Shown here: positions 50,367 through 60,714 of the stretch, one piece after another
Numbering within the stretch: position 1 is the first letter of the stretch
Layout: every line of letters begins with the position of its first letter
Assembly: GCA_964291675.2 (NCBI GenBank)
Contig: OZ219866.1
Location: 1,888,001-1,952,000, forward strand
From: Alphaproteobacteria bacterium
GTDB lineage: Bacteria; Pseudomonadota; Alphaproteobacteria; MPNO01
DNA: 64,000 nt
Reading direction: 5' to 3'
Position numbers and translations under genes: made by a program
The notes under the pieces: generated by a model
The model's database searches: none
Seen by the model: only the letters and a program-made list of their open reading frames with translations
What the model was told of the DNA's origin: nothing

Positions 50367-51617
50367 ATGAAGACGGAAGGCTTGCACGTCGTGCGGCCGC
50401 GCGCGGCGGGTCTGGACGTGCACAAGATGGAGATCACCGCGACGGTTCGCCTGTGCGAGGGCGAGGGCGAGCCGGTGGTGGAGACGCGCTGCTTCAGCTC
50501 GCTTCCGAGCGGTCTGGCGGAGATGGTCGCCTGGCTGACCGGTCGCCGCGTCGAGGCCGCTGTCATGGAAGGGACCGGGATCTACTGGCAGGCGCCCTTC
50601 GCGGCGGTGGAGGCGGCGGGGATCGAAGCGATCCTGGTGCACGCGCGTCAGGTCAAGCAGTTGAAGGGGCGCAAGACCGATGTCGCCGACAGCGTGTGGC
50701 TGGCCTGCGTGTGCCAGTTCGGGCTCTGCACGCCTTCCCATGTTCCCCCCGAGCCGTTCCGGGAGCTGCGCTCGCTGAGCCGCCAGCGGCGTACCCTGGT
50801 CAGGCAGCGCTCGACCGTGCGCAACCGGGTGCAGAAGATCGTCGACCGCGCCGGCCTGCGCATCGGCGGCATCCTCTCCGACGTCTTCGGCGTCAACGGC
50901 CGCAAGATCCTCGACGGGCTGGCGCAAGCCACGCCGCGCGCGGTCATCCTCGCCTCGCTCACCGGCCACGTCGCCAACAAGCTGGAGGGGCTCGGCGAGG
51001 CGCTCTCCCTGAGCCTGGGCGACAACGACCGCTTCATGCTCGGCGATCTGCTGGACGAGCATGACGCGCTCGAGGCGCGCATCGCGTCCTACGGCGAGAA
51101 GATCGACCGGCAGATGACGCCGTGGCAGGAACAGCTCCGCCTGCTGACCACCATCCCCGGCATCGACCGCATCGCCGCCTCGACCATCCTGATCGAGATC
51201 GGCCCGGATATCGAGGCGTTCGCCTCCAAGCAGCACTTCGCCGCCTGGGCCGGGCTCTGCCCCGGCAACAACGAAAGCGGCGGAAAGCGCCGCAACGCGC
51301 GCACCCGAAGGGGCTCCAAGACGCTGCGCGCCAGCCTCGTCGAATGTGCCCACGGCGCGGCCCGAACCAAGGGGTGCCAGTTCGAGGCCCACCACCGCGC
51401 GCTCGCCGCCCGGCGCGGATACAAGCGCGCCATCGTGGCCAGCGCACACAAGATGCTGCGCATCGTTTATGTCGTGCTCAAGACCGGCAGGCCCTACTAC
51501 GACCGCACCGCCGACTACGACGCGCTGATGGTCAAGCGCAACGCCCCGCGCTGGATCCGAATGCTCCGCCGCTACGGCTACATCCAACCCCGGCGCGCCG
51601 AACCCAAGGCCACCTGA
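50367..51617 (+). CDS. IS110 family DEDD transposase/recombinase
   Basis: GLDVHK, VMEGTG, KTDVADS, TIPGI and GLCPGNNESGGK. Confidence 0.95.
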   Translation: MKTEGLHVVRPRAAGLDVHKMEITATVRLCEGEGEPVVETRCFSSLPSGLAEMVAWLTGRRVEAAVMEGTGIYWQAPFAAVEAAGIEAILVHARQVKQLKGRKTDVADSVWLACVCQFGLCTPSHVPPEPFRELRSLSRQRRTLVRQRSTVRNRVQKIVDRAGLRIGGILSDVFGVNGRKILDGLAQATPRAVILASLTGHVANKLEGLGEALSLSLGDNDRFMLGDLLDEHDALEARIASYGEKIDRQMTPWQEQLRLLTTIPGIDRIAASTILIEIGPDIEAFASKQHFAAWAGLCPGNNESGGKRRNARTRRGSKTLRASLVECAHGAARTKGCQFEAHHRALAARRGYKRAIVASAHKMLRIVYVVLKTGRPYYDRTADYDALMVKRNAPRWIRMLRRYGYIQPRRAEPKAT

Positions 51618-51628
51618 CCGGCCCGCAT

Positions 51629-51921
51629 AACGCCGGACCGCCGCGCGGGACCGCTTCGGGCCACATCGGGGAAGTCCACCGCTCGTCTCGCCGCCCCCTT
51701 CCGGCGATCTCAGCCAACTCCCTCCCGGCGTTGGATGGGGCCCTCGCGCGCCCCCACCGAAACTGTTTCACGGCAACGCCGGACCGCCGCGCGGGACCGC
51801 TTCGGGCCACATCGGGGAAGTCCACCGCTCGTCTCCGCCGCCCCCTTCCGGCGATCTCAGCCAACTCCCTCCCGGCGTTGGATGGGGCCCTCGCGCGCCC
51901 CCACCGAAACTGTTTCACGGC
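51629..51921 (+). repeat. Tandem duplication (146/147 bp) of the IS110 right end
   Basis: Copies at 51629..51774 and 51775..51921, both ending AACTGTTTCACGGC. Confidence 0.92.
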
Positions 51922-51998
51922 AACCGGACAGCAGTGGATCGAGTCCGGCCATGACGAGTGGGGGTGCCGGCGGTGAGTTCGCGGCGGCCCGCGCGCCC

Positions 51999-53174
51999 CT
52001 ACAGCAGCGCGTTGTTCGGCGCGAGCCCGGCGGCGATGCGGCCGAACTCGGCGCCGTTGATGTCCCAGGAGAGGTGGATCTGGTGCGCCGCGGCGTGGAT
52101 GTCGCGGTGCTGGCGCTGGAGGTCGCTGGCGAGATAGTTGGCCCTGGCCCCGCAGGCGCCGTGGATCAGGTCGACCGCCTGGACGCAGCAGCGCGCGGCC
52201 CAGGCGCCGTTGCGCCGCCAGCGCGCGCGGTCGATCAGCGGCAGCCGCTCGCGCCCGGCGATCAGCGCCTCGGCCTCCAGGCAGTCCTCGCGCACCAGCA
52301 GGCGCGCGATTTCGACGAGCTGCGCCGCCTCGGCGAGCTTGAGCTGGATCGTCACGTGCTCGGCGACGCGCGAGCGGTTGTAGGTCGAGACCTGCTCCCT
52401 GAGATGGGCGGCGTAGTCGTCATACGCGGCCCGGGCGGCGCCGATCATCGGGGCGGCGACCAGATGCGGGATCAGCGGCAGCAGCGGCAGGCGGTAGGCG
52501 TCGCTCATCCCCTCGGTCTCGGGCGGGTAGCCCTCCCGCGACGGCGCCATGTCGAGCACCATGTGGGCCGGCAGGAACAGATCCTCGCAGGCCACGTCCT
52601 TCGAGCCGGTGCCGACCAGGCCGGAGACCTGCCAGGTGTCGATGATCTCGATGTCGGCGGCGCGCACCAGCACGATGCGCGGGCCGGGCGCGTCGTCCTC
52701 CGGGCCCTGGCCGATCGCGCCCAGCATCATCCAGTCGCTCGAATCCACCCCGCTCGCATAGGGCCAGCGCCCGGTCAGCCGATACCCGCCCTCCGCCGGG
52801 GCGAGCCTGCCGGCGGGGAACACCAGGGTCGAGCCGATCAGCGCGTCGGGGTCCTCGCCCCAGATGTCCTCGGCCGCCCCGGCCGGCCAGTAGGGCAGCA
52901 TCCAGTTATGCGCGACCAGGTTGATATAGACCCAGGAGGTGGCGGCGCAGCCGCGCCCGAGCTCGATGGTCACGTCGATCATCAGCCGGTAATCGGTCTC
53001 CACCCCGCCATAGCGCGCGGGCTTCAAGATGTTCCACAGCCCGGCCGCGCGCAAATCCGCGATCGTCTCGTCGGGGATGCGGCGGATGCGCTCGGCCTCG
53101 GGCGCGCGCTCGCGCAGCACCGGGATCAGGCCGCGCGCGGCGTCGAGGATTTGCTCGCGGGTGGGGTGTGTCAT
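51999..53174 (-). CDS. Flavin-dependent monooxygenase, acyl-CoA dehydrogenase-like (HsaA/C2 type)
   Basis: PARYGG, GRWPYASG, DTWQVSGLVGTGS and QRQHRDIHAA. Confidence 0.85.
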   Translation of the reverse strand: MTHPTREQILDAARGLIPVLRERAPEAERIRRIPDETIADLRAAGLWNILKPARYGGVETDYRLMIDVTIELGRGCAATSWVYINLVAHNWMLPYWPAGAAEDIWGEDPDALIGSTLVFPAGRLAPAEGGYRLTGRWPYASGVDSSDWMMLGAIGQGPEDDAPGPRIVLVRAADIEIIDTWQVSGLVGTGSKDVACEDLFLPAHMVLDMAPSREGYPPETEGMSDAYRLPLLPLIPHLVAAPMIGAARAAYDDYAAHLREQVSTYNRSRVAEHVTIQLKLAEAAQLVEIARLLVREDCLEAEALIAGRERLPLIDRARWRRNGAWAARCCVQAVDLIHGACGARANYLASDLQRQHRDIHAAAHQIHLSWDINGAEFGRIAAGLAPNNALL

Positions 53175-53254
53175 CGGGCCGGAGTTTAGGAACTCGCCCC
53201 TATGGGGTCCATCGCGGCGATCTCTTATGATGGCGGGGAGACCGGGAGGGACCA

Positions 53255-54250
53255 TTGGCGAACGAGCTGAGGCTGACGCTGGCGTCCGGCGATTACGAGA
53301 GCGTCCGCGCCCTCAAGGAAGGCACGGTGGCGCCCGACGGGGTGGCGCTCAACGTGCTCACCGACATGGACTCCTCCACCCGGCACTGGCGCATGCTGCG
53401 CAACCGCGACTTCGACGTGTGCGAGCTCTCGCTCTCCTCCTATCTGGTGGCCCGGGACCAGGACTATCCGCTGGAGGCCATCCCGGTGTTCCTGCACCGG
53501 CGCTTCCGCCACGGCTTCATCTTCGTCAACACCGAAGCCGGGATCGCCGAGCCCAAGGACCTGATCGGCAGGCGGATCGGCGTAAAGACCTTCCAGACCA
53601 CGGCGATCCTCTGGCTGCGCGGCATGCTGGAGCACGAATACGGCGTGCCGCATACCGAGGTGCACTGGGTCTCCGAGCTGATCGAGGACGTCGAGTTCAC
53701 GCCGAGGCCCGGGCTCAGGCTGGAGCGCGCGCCGGCGGGCCGGCGGGTCGAGGACATGCTGGCCGAGGGCGAGATCGACGCCTGCCTGCACGCCGACGTG
53801 ATCGACCCCATCGTCGACGGCGACCCGCGCGTCGGGCGGCTGTTCGAGAACTATGCCGAGATCGAGCGCGCGTATTTCAGGCGCACCGGCATCTTCCCGA
53901 TCATGCACGTGACGGCGATCCGCCGGGAGCTGGTCGACGCCCATCCCTGGCTGGCGCAGAACCTGATCGACGCCTTCGAAGCATCGAAGGCCGCGTCCTA
54001 TGCCAGGCTCAGGAACCCGCGCATCGTCCCGCTCGCCTGGTACAACAGCTACCGCGACGAGGAGGCCGCGTTCTTCGGCGGCGCGGACCCCTGGCAGTAC
54101 GGGCTCGGCGAGGCCAACCGGCGCAACCTCGAGACCGCCATCGGCTACTCCCACGATTGCGGGCTGATCCGCCGCCGGCTCGCGGTCGACGACATCTTCG
54201 TCGAGCCGGCGAGCGATGCCGGACGGGCGCGGGCGAAGCGGGTACAATGA
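53255..54250 (+). CDS. 4,5-dihydroxyphthalate decarboxylase-like protein (SBP fold)
   Basis: FDVCELSLSSY, PVFLHRRFRH, GIFPIMH and DPWQYGL. Confidence 0.8.
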   Translation: MANELRLTLASGDYESVRALKEGTVAPDGVALNVLTDMDSSTRHWRMLRNRDFDVCELSLSSYLVARDQDYPLEAIPVFLHRRFRHGFIFVNTEAGIAEPKDLIGRRIGVKTFQTTAILWLRGMLEHEYGVPHTEVHWVSELIEDVEFTPRPGLRLERAPAGRRVEDMLAEGEIDACLHADVIDPIVDGDPRVGRLFENYAEIERAYFRRTGIFPIMHVTAIRRELVDAHPWLAQNLIDAFEASKAASYARLRNPRIVPLAWYNSYRDEEAAFFGGADPWQYGLGEANRRNLETAIGYSHDCGLIRRRLAVDDIFVEPASDAGRARAKRVQ

Positions 54251-54278
54251 GCCGCGCGCAACGCAGCGGAGGGCGCCG

Positions 54279-54440
54279 GTGACCGACACCTGGCGCATCA
54301 GGCAGGCGGTAAGGATGCATCTCGCGCGGCCCGACGGCCGGGTCGGGCGGCCGATCCCGCTGCGGACGGCGGCGATCTGGTGGTGCGCGCTGATGGCGAT
54401 CTGCCTGCCGGGCGCGCTCTACTTTCTGGGCTGGCTGTAG
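54279..54440 (+). CDS. Small membrane protein (53 aa)
   Basis: GGAGG RBS plus GTG; C-terminal hydrophobic helix. Confidence 0.4.
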   Translation: MTDTWRIRQAVRMHLARPDGRVGRPIPLRTAAIWWCALMAICLPGALYFLGWL

Positions 54441-54477
54441 GCGGCGCTGCGCGCCTCGGCCGCGGCGCCCCTTCACC

Positions 54478-54850
54478 CGTCATGCCCGGACTTGATCCGG
54501 GCACCCATGCGGCCTCTCGGCGCGCACAACGGCCCGTGAGGGGGGGTGGCGCCGGTGGGTGGCCGGATCAAGTCCGGCCATGGGTGCCCGGATCAAGTCC
54601 GGGCATGACGGGGTGGGGAGTAGCGGGGGAGTCGGTGGAGTAACGGGGAGAAGGAGCGGGGGGCGGACGTCACGGGGGGCGGCGCGGCGGCGCGGTGGAA
54701 CCTGCGTCGCGCCCGCCGGCGATCCCCGGCGTCGCGCCCGAACGTCGGAACGCTCGCCATGCTTCCCCACCTCGTCATGCACCCGCCGTCATGCCTCCCC
54801 CCTCGTCATGCCCGGCCCCCGGATCGAGTCCGGGGGTGATCCGGGCACCC
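54478..54850. repeat. REP-B cluster between convergent genes
   Basis: Four GTCATGCCCGG/CCGGATCAAGTCCGG-type units with shared spacer modules. Confidence 0.85.
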
Positions 54851-54864
54851 GCTGGCGCCGGGCG

Positions 54865-55704
54865 TCAGGCTGCGCTCCGCCCCTCGGCGGAAGCGAAGAA
54901 CGCCGCGAGCTCGCGGTTGAAGGCGTCGGGCTCCTCGAGATTGACCGCATGCCCGGTGTCGGGCGCGATCCAGAGGCCGCAATCCCGGATCGTGCGCTTG
55001 AGGAAGATGCCGGTCTCCAGGCAGTCGCCGTCGGTGTCGCCGGAGACCACGAGCACCGGCATCGGCAGCGCGGCGAGCCCGGCGGCGAAGTCCCAGAGCG
55101 AGGGGCGGGCGCCCTGCACGTGGCGCATGTGCATCGCCGCCCCGAGCGCCGAGTGGCCGGCGAACTGCGCGAGATACTCCTCGAACCCGCGCCGGTCCTT
55201 GCGCTTGAGCGTGAGCCTCGCCTCGGTGTCGCTGTACTCGGCGGCGAAGGCCGGCATGCCGATGCGCTCGATGCGCTCGGCATTGGCGCGCGCGGCGGCC
55301 GCGAACCCGGCGTGGCTGTCGGGCGGCGCGCCGTAGCCGCAGCCGGCGACCGTCAGCGTGCGGGCGCGGGCGGCGTGGCGCAGCCCGAAATGGAGCGCGG
55401 CGAAGCCGCCCATCGAGAGGCCGACGATATGGGCGCGCGCGATCGCGAAACGGTCGAGCACGGCGGCGATGTCGTCGGCTGCCCTCGCCTGGCCGTAGGC
55501 CGACGGATCGTCCGGCACGTCGGAGGGCGCATAGCCGCGCGCGTTGAAGGCGATGCAGCGATAGCGCCGGGCGAAATGGCGGAGCTGCGGCTCCCAGCTC
55601 GCCACGTCGCCGGCGAACTCGTGGACGAACACGACCGGGTAGCCGGTGCCGGCCTCCTCGCAGTAGAGCCGGACGCCGCCGGCCTCGGCGAAGCTGCCGC
55701 TCAC
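54865..55704 (-). CDS. Alpha/beta hydrolase
   Basis: FVHEFAG, GLSMGG and GHAVNLEEP. Confidence 0.88.
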   Translation of the reverse strand: MSGSFAEAGGVRLYCEEAGTGYPVVFVHEFAGDVASWEPQLRHFARRYRCIAFNARGYAPSDVPDDPSAYGQARAADDIAAVLDRFAIARAHIVGLSMGGFAALHFGLRHAARARTLTVAGCGYGAPPDSHAGFAAAARANAERIERIGMPAFAAEYSDTEARLTLKRKDRRGFEEYLAQFAGHSALGAAMHMRHVQGARPSLWDFAAGLAALPMPVLVVSGDTDGDCLETGIFLKRTIRDCGLWIAPDTGHAVNLEEPDAFNRELAAFFASAEGRSAA

Positions 55705-56444
55705 GAGCCCGCCGCCGGGCAGTGCGCCGCACCCAGGATCGGCCCCGCCGCGCCGGCCTGGACGATCACCGCGCAGCCCCGCTTCGCGTCATTCGCGACC
55801 GAGGCCACGTCGATAATCCGGTCCTTGCCGTTCCACTCGCCGATGCGGCGCATCTCGGTCACGATATTGTGGTTGACCAGCAGCTTGCCGTGGTTCTCGC
55901 CGCGCAGCACCCGGGTGGCCTCGCGGCGCAGGAACGACACCAGCCAGACGCCGCCGGCGCGGTCCGGCCCGCGCTTCAGCGAAACCTTGAGCCCGCCGCC
56001 CTCGGCCACCGCGGCGACCGCGACGCGCGAGCCTGCGCGGGCCCGCGCGTCCTCGATCGCCATCTCGACCGCCCCCTCGCGGCTGCCCACCGCCTCCAAC
56101 CTGCCGTCCACGACCATCTGCGGGGTATAGACCCCCGTTCGCCCGCGGATCTGCACGTTGTAATCCCGCTGACGCGCCGTGAAGGCGGGGCTTGAGTAGG
56201 GGTCCTTCCACTTGCCCGCCGACCCATAGGTCAGATTGTCCCAATAATCGACGTGGAATTCGAGGGCGAGGACTCCGTCGCGATCGGCGAGCTCGCCGAG
56301 GAAGCGCTCGGCCGGCGGGCAGGAATAGCAGCCCTGCGAGGTGAACAGCTCGACGACGGTGGGGCCGTCGGCGCGGGCGGTCCCGGCGCCCGCCGCGAGG
56401 GCGGCGAACAGCGGCGCGAGGGCGAGCAGGCGGCGCATGGACAT
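55701..56444 (-). CDS. DUF1223 thioredoxin-like secreted protein
   Basis: Signal peptide; VELFTSQGCYSCPPA, HVDYWD, YTPQMVV and RGENHG. Confidence 0.88.
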   Translation of the reverse strand: MSMRRLLALAPLFAALAAGAGTARADGPTVVELFTSQGCYSCPPAERFLGELADRDGVLALEFHVDYWDNLTYGSAGKWKDPYSSPAFTARQRDYNVQIRGRTGVYTPQMVVDGRLEAVGSREGAVEMAIEDARARAGSRVAVAAVAEGGGLKVSLKRGPDRAGGVWLVSFLRREATRVLRGENHGKLLVNHNIVTEMRRIGEWNGKDRIIDVASVANDAKRGCAVIVQAGAAGPILGAAHCPAAGS

Positions 56445-56568
56445 GGGGTCTCTCCTCCATCGGCGGCGATGCGACTCCATATCGGTCGGGCGCCGCGCGT
56501 TGGCAAGCCCCCGGGTGGCGGCAGTAGAATGGCGGGCGCGCGCAAGGCCGCATCGGAGGAGCATCGCG

Positions 56569-57531
56569 ATGAAGCTGCTGACCCTGGACACCGGCGGGAA
56601 GGGCCATCCCGGCGTCTTGCTCGACGAAGACACGGTGCTCGATCTCGCGCTCGCCGCCGACCGCCTGCCCGAGGCCCGCCTGGTGCCCGGCAGCGTGCGC
56701 CGGATCTTCGCCGCCGGCGAGGACGGGCTGGAGGCGGTGCGCCGCGCGGCGGGCGCCGTCGCCTCGCTGGCCGGCGCCGAGCGCGACCGGCTGCGCGAGA
56801 CCGGCGCGCTCCGGGGCTTCGCCGATGCGCCGCTGCTCGCCCCGGTCCCCGACCCCTCGCTGATCCTCTCCGAGGGGCTCAACTACCGCCGCCATCTGGA
56901 GGAGATGTCGGGCACGCCGACTCCGCCCAACCCGACCGCCTTCATCAAGGCGGCGTGCTCGCTGACCGGCTCCGGCAAGCCGATCCCGGTGCCGCCGCAA
57001 TGCCCCGACATGATCGACTACGAGGGCGAGTTCACCTTCGTGGTGGGGCGGCGCTGCCACCGTGTGTCCGTAGACGAGGCGCTGGAATGCATCGGCGGCT
57101 ACACGATCTGCAACGACGTGTCGGCGCGCGACTGGGTGGGCGAGGTGTTCGAGGCCGAGCAAAAGTTCGGCATCATCCAGGCCTGGGAACGCAACATCAT
57201 GGGCAAGCAGCTTCCCGGCTTCACCCCCTGCGGCCCGGTGGCGGTCACCGCCGACGAGATCGCCGACCCGCACGACCTCCAGCTCACCACCACGCTGAAC
57301 GGCGAGATCGTGCAGTCGACCGGGACCGACGATTTGATCTACGGCGTCGGCGAGATCCTCTCCTATTTCTCGCGCTGGTACCGGTTCGAGCCCGGCGACC
57401 TGGTGACCACCGGCTCGCCCGCCGGCGTCGGCTTCGGCCGCGAGCCCAAGCTGTTCATGCAGTCGGGCGACCGCATCGAGGTCGAGATCGAGGGCATCGG
57501 CCGGCTGAGCAACGTGCTCGCGTCCGGCTAA
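56569..57531 (+). CDS. Fumarylacetoacetate hydrolase family protein
   Basis: GLNY, DYEGE, NDVSARD and TGSPAGVG. Confidence 0.9.
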   Translation: MKLLTLDTGGKGHPGVLLDEDTVLDLALAADRLPEARLVPGSVRRIFAAGEDGLEAVRRAAGAVASLAGAERDRLRETGALRGFADAPLLAPVPDPSLILSEGLNYRRHLEEMSGTPTPPNPTAFIKAACSLTGSGKPIPVPPQCPDMIDYEGEFTFVVGRRCHRVSVDEALECIGGYTICNDVSARDWVGEVFEAEQKFGIIQAWERNIMGKQLPGFTPCGPVAVTADEIADPHDLQLTTTLNGEIVQSTGTDDLIYGVGEILSYFSRWYRFEPGDLVTTGSPAGVGFGREPKLFMQSGDRIEVEIEGIGRLSNVLASG

Positions 57532-57554
57532 CGCGGCCGGCCCTCCCCGGTCCC

Positions 57555-58424
57555 GTGGCGGGGCGCGCTCCCTCGGCGCTCGGCGGCGTCGCGTGGATGA
57601 CGCTGGCGGCGTTCTTCTTCGCGATGCTGATCGTCGCCGGGCGCCGGCTGAGCCACCTGCCGCCGGTCGAGATCGCCTTCTTCCAGACCGGCGGGGCGGT
57701 GGCCTGTCTGCTGCCCTGGCTGGTGGCCAGGGGACCGGGCGGGCTGAGGACCGCCAACCTCGCCATGCACCTGGTCCGGGGGCTCGCCGCCTTCGCCGGC
57801 ATGTCGGCCCTGTTCTACGCCGCCCGCTTCACACCGGCGGCCGACATCACGGCGCTGCTCTTCCTCTCGGTCCTGTGCACCGTCCTGCTCGCCGCGGCGT
57901 TCCTCGGGGAGCGGGTGGGGCTCGGGCGCTTCATCGCCATCCTGGTCGGCTTCGCCGGCGCGCTGATCGTCATCCGGCCCGGCTTCGAGGCCGCCTCCTG
58001 GCCGGCGCTGATCATGCTGTTCGTCGCGCTCGCCTTCGGCGCGGTCAACACCGCGACCCGCTTTCTCGCCGGCACCGAAGACCCCAACGCGATCGTCTTC
58101 TACATGTACGGGCTGATGTGCCTCTATGCGCTGGTGCCGACGATGCTGCTCTGGCAGACCCCGTACTGGGCGGACGTGCCGTGGCTCGCCGCGACCGGGG
58201 TGTTTTCGGCCATCGCCCAGCAGGGCATCACCCGCTCGCTGTCGATGGCGCCCACGGCGGTCGCCATGCCGGCCTACTACCTGCAGCTCCCCTTCGCCGC
58301 GATCGCCGGGTATGTCCTGTTCGGCGAGGCGCCCGATGCGTGGATCTGGCTCGGCGCGGCGGTAATCTGCGGGGCGACCTACTACGTCATCCGCACCGCC
58401 CCGCCGGAGCGGCGCCGGGGCTAG
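57555..58424 (+). CDS. DMT/EamA family transporter
   Basis: ~10 TM segments; FLGERVG, IVIRPG and LFGEAPD. Confidence 0.85.
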   Translation: MAGRAPSALGGVAWMTLAAFFFAMLIVAGRRLSHLPPVEIAFFQTGGAVACLLPWLVARGPGGLRTANLAMHLVRGLAAFAGMSALFYAARFTPAADITALLFLSVLCTVLLAAAFLGERVGLGRFIAILVGFAGALIVIRPGFEAASWPALIMLFVALAFGAVNTATRFLAGTEDPNAIVFYMYGLMCLYALVPTMLLWQTPYWADVPWLAATGVFSAIAQQGITRSLSMAPTAVAMPAYYLQLPFAAIAGYVLFGEAPDAWIWLGAAVICGATYYVIRTAPPERRRG

Positions 58425-58891
58425 TTGGCGGCGGGCTCCGATATCCTCATGAGCAGGATGTCGAGCTTGCCGTCGATCTGGTCAAGCCTGGCGTCCATCT
58501 GGTCCAGCCTGGCGTCCATCCGGTCCAGCCTCGCGTGCATCTGGTCCAGCCTGGCGTCCATCCGCTCCAGCTTCTCGTCCATCCGGTCGAGCCTGTCGTC
58601 CACCCGGTCGAGCCTGTCGTCCACCCGGTTGAACCTGGTATCGACCTGCCTGAACAGCTCAAGGGCGGTGTCCGCCCGGCTGTCGAGCCGGGCGACCTCG
58701 GACCCGGTCTGCTTCTCGACGCGATCTATGGCGGATTCGGCGACCGCGGACACCTTCTCCATCTCGGCTCTTTGCCGGGCGTCCTGCGCGTTGAGCGCCC
58801 AGACGCCCAGCCCGCCCACCGTGCCGAGCAGGGCGAGAATGAAGAGGCCGAAGCTCCAGTAGCCGCTCTGCTTCTTGAGCCATTCGCGCAT
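58421..58891 (-). CDS. Membrane-anchored coiled-coil protein with heptad repeats
   Basis: N-terminal TM; ~8 repeats of (L/F)DR(M/V)DAR from 21-bp DNA repeats. Confidence 0.7.
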   Translation of the reverse strand: MREWLKKQSGYWSFGLFILALLGTVGGLGVWALNAQDARQRAEMEKVSAVAESAIDRVEKQTGSEVARLDSRADTALELFRQVDTRFNRVDDRLDRVDDRLDRMDEKLERMDARLDQMHARLDRMDARLDQMDARLDQIDGKLDILLMRISEPAAN

Positions 58892-59023
58892 GGGTTGAGT
58901 ATGTGTCCGGCATGGCTGAGCGTCAAGGGAATCCCGCCCGGGCGGCCCGACTTCCTGCCGCCCCGATTGGTCCCCGCGCCGCCGCCGGGTACAGTCCCGC
59001 CGGCCACAGCGGTCGGAGGGACG

Positions 59024-59428
59024 ATGACGGACGAAGAGGTCGCCGCCGTGTTCGAGCGCCTGCCCGCGCTGGTCAACGGCGACATCGCGCTGGTCAGGCG
59101 GGGCAGGCATCTGACGACGCGCTTTCTCCTCGGCGCCGGGGCGCTGCCGGTGCTGGTCGCCCTGCGGGAAGGCGCGGTCGCCGATGTCGCGGTCTCGCCG
59201 CCGCCTATGCAGTCGTGGCGCTTCGCAATCCGCGCCGGCGCCGATGCCTGGCGCCGGTTCTGGCAGGCGGAGCCCGAGCCCGGCTATCACGACCTGCTGG
59301 CGATGACCCGCTTCGGCACCGCCCGCATCGAGGGCGATCTGCATCCGCTGATGGCCAACCTGCGCTACGTCAAGGAGGTGCTGGAGGCGCCGCGCCGCGC
59401 GGGGCTCGGAGGCGGCGATGGCGCTTGA
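59024..59428 (+). CDS. SCP2-like hypothetical protein
   Basis: GGAGG RBS; ARIEGDLHPLMANL; overlaps the hydrolase start. Confidence 0.65.
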   Translation: MTDEEVAAVFERLPALVNGDIALVRRGRHLTTRFLLGAGALPVLVALREGAVADVAVSPPPMQSWRFAIRAGADAWRRFWQAEPEPGYHDLLAMTRFGTARIEGDLHPLMANLRYVKEVLEAPRRAGLGGGDGA

Positions 59429-60266
59429 GTTCGAACCGATCGCCGGGCGCTACGCGACGCTCGAGCTCGACGGCCGCCCCTGCCGGCTCTACTTCGAGGA
59501 GGCGGGGCGGGGGATCCCGCTCTTGTGCCTGCACACCGCCGGCGCCGACACCCGGCAGTACCGCCACCTGATGACGGACGAGGCGGTCACCGAACACTAC
59601 CGCGTGATCGCCTTCGACATGCCGTGGCACGGCAAGTCGTTCCCGCCGCCGGGCTACCAGGACGAGGAGTACAGGCTCACGACCGACTCCTATACCGGCG
59701 CGATCCTCGCCGTCGCCGACGCGCTGGAGCTCGACCGCCCGGTGCTGCTGGGCTGCTCGATCGGCGGGCGGATCGTGCTCGACATCGCCGCCCGCCACGC
59801 CGGGCGGTTCCGCGCGCTGATCGGACTCCAGGCCGCCGACCACCAGACCCCGTGGTACGACGCCCAGTGGCTGCACCGCCCCGACGTGCATGGCGGGGAG
59901 GTCTCGGCGGCGCTGGTCTCCGGCCTCGTCGCGCCCCAGGCACCGGAAATCCACCGCTGGGAGACGCTCTGGGCCTATCTGCAAAGCGGGCCGGGCGTGT
60001 TCCGCGGCGACCTCCATTTCTACCGCGAGGACTCCGACTTCCGCGACCGCACCCATTCGATCGACACCGCGCGCTGCCCGCTCTATCTGCTGACCGGCGC
60101 CTACGACTACTCCTGCACGCCGGAGGACACGCTCCGCACCGCCGCGGCGATCCCCGGTGCGCGCGTCGAGATCATGCCGGCGCTCGGCCACTTCCCGATG
60201 AGCGAGAACCCCGAACGCTTCCGCCAGCACATCCTGCCGGTGCTCGACGAGATCCGGGGGGCCTGA
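59418..60266 (+). CDS. Alpha/beta hydrolase
   Basis: LHTAG, DMPWHG, GCSIGG and GHFPMSENP. Confidence 0.88.
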   Translation: MALEFEPIAGRYATLELDGRPCRLYFEEAGRGIPLLCLHTAGADTRQYRHLMTDEAVTEHYRVIAFDMPWHGKSFPPPGYQDEEYRLTTDSYTGAILAVADALELDRPVLLGCSIGGRIVLDIAARHAGRFRALIGLQAADHQTPWYDAQWLHRPDVHGGEVSAALVSGLVAPQAPEIHRWETLWAYLQSGPGVFRGDLHFYREDSDFRDRTHSIDTARCPLYLLTGAYDYSCTPEDTLRTAAAIPGARVEIMPALGHFPMSENPERFRQHILPVLDEIRGA

Positions 60267-60345
60267 CGCGCCTTCGTCGTATCGACGGGAGCCGGGACGT
60301 CGCGCCGTCCGATTGCCGGCGGGGATCCTGGTCAATCGGTCAGGG

Positions 60346-60531
60346 TCATTCTTCCGCGGTGGGGGGCAATCCGAACCGGCCACGAAACTCGCCGCGGAGC
60401 TCGGACAGCTCCCGCGCCAGGTCGTCGATTCGGCCATCCATTGCGCGCATGTCCCGATGCAGGCCCCAGAGGAAAGCGAGAACGGCGAGGACGCCGGCCA
60501 GATTCACATATCCCAAGGTCTCGGGACTCAT
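60346..60531 (-). CDS. Small TM + coiled-coil protein (61 aa)
   Basis: LAGVLAVLAFLWGL followed by MDGRIDDLARELSELRG. Confidence 0.5.
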   Translation of the reverse strand: MSPETLGYVNLAGVLAVLAFLWGLHRDMRAMDGRIDDLARELSELRGEFRGRFGLPPTAEE

Positions 60532-60714
60532 TGTCACGCTCCCGCTTTCGCTACCCCGAACATGCACTCCGAAGAGATGGAATTCAATCTATGGGGGCAA
60601 GGCGGCCCTGTCCATGCAACCAACTCTCGGGCGTCGTCGGTCTGCCCGACCGTGAGCGATCGAGTGAGAGCGTCGCGGACTTCCCGGGGTGAGACAACGA
60701 CTGTGACATCGGCT

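Larger units (their letters stand above)
50014..51926 (+). mobile_element. IS110-family insertion sequence
   Basis: Interrupts (A)AACCGGACAGCAGTGG with AACCG at both junctions; ~350-bp left non-coding end; no TIRs. Confidence 0.85.

Noticed and set aside
51762-51920. TGTTTCACG at the IS110 ends as parS
   Set aside because: Only a half-site, not palindromic
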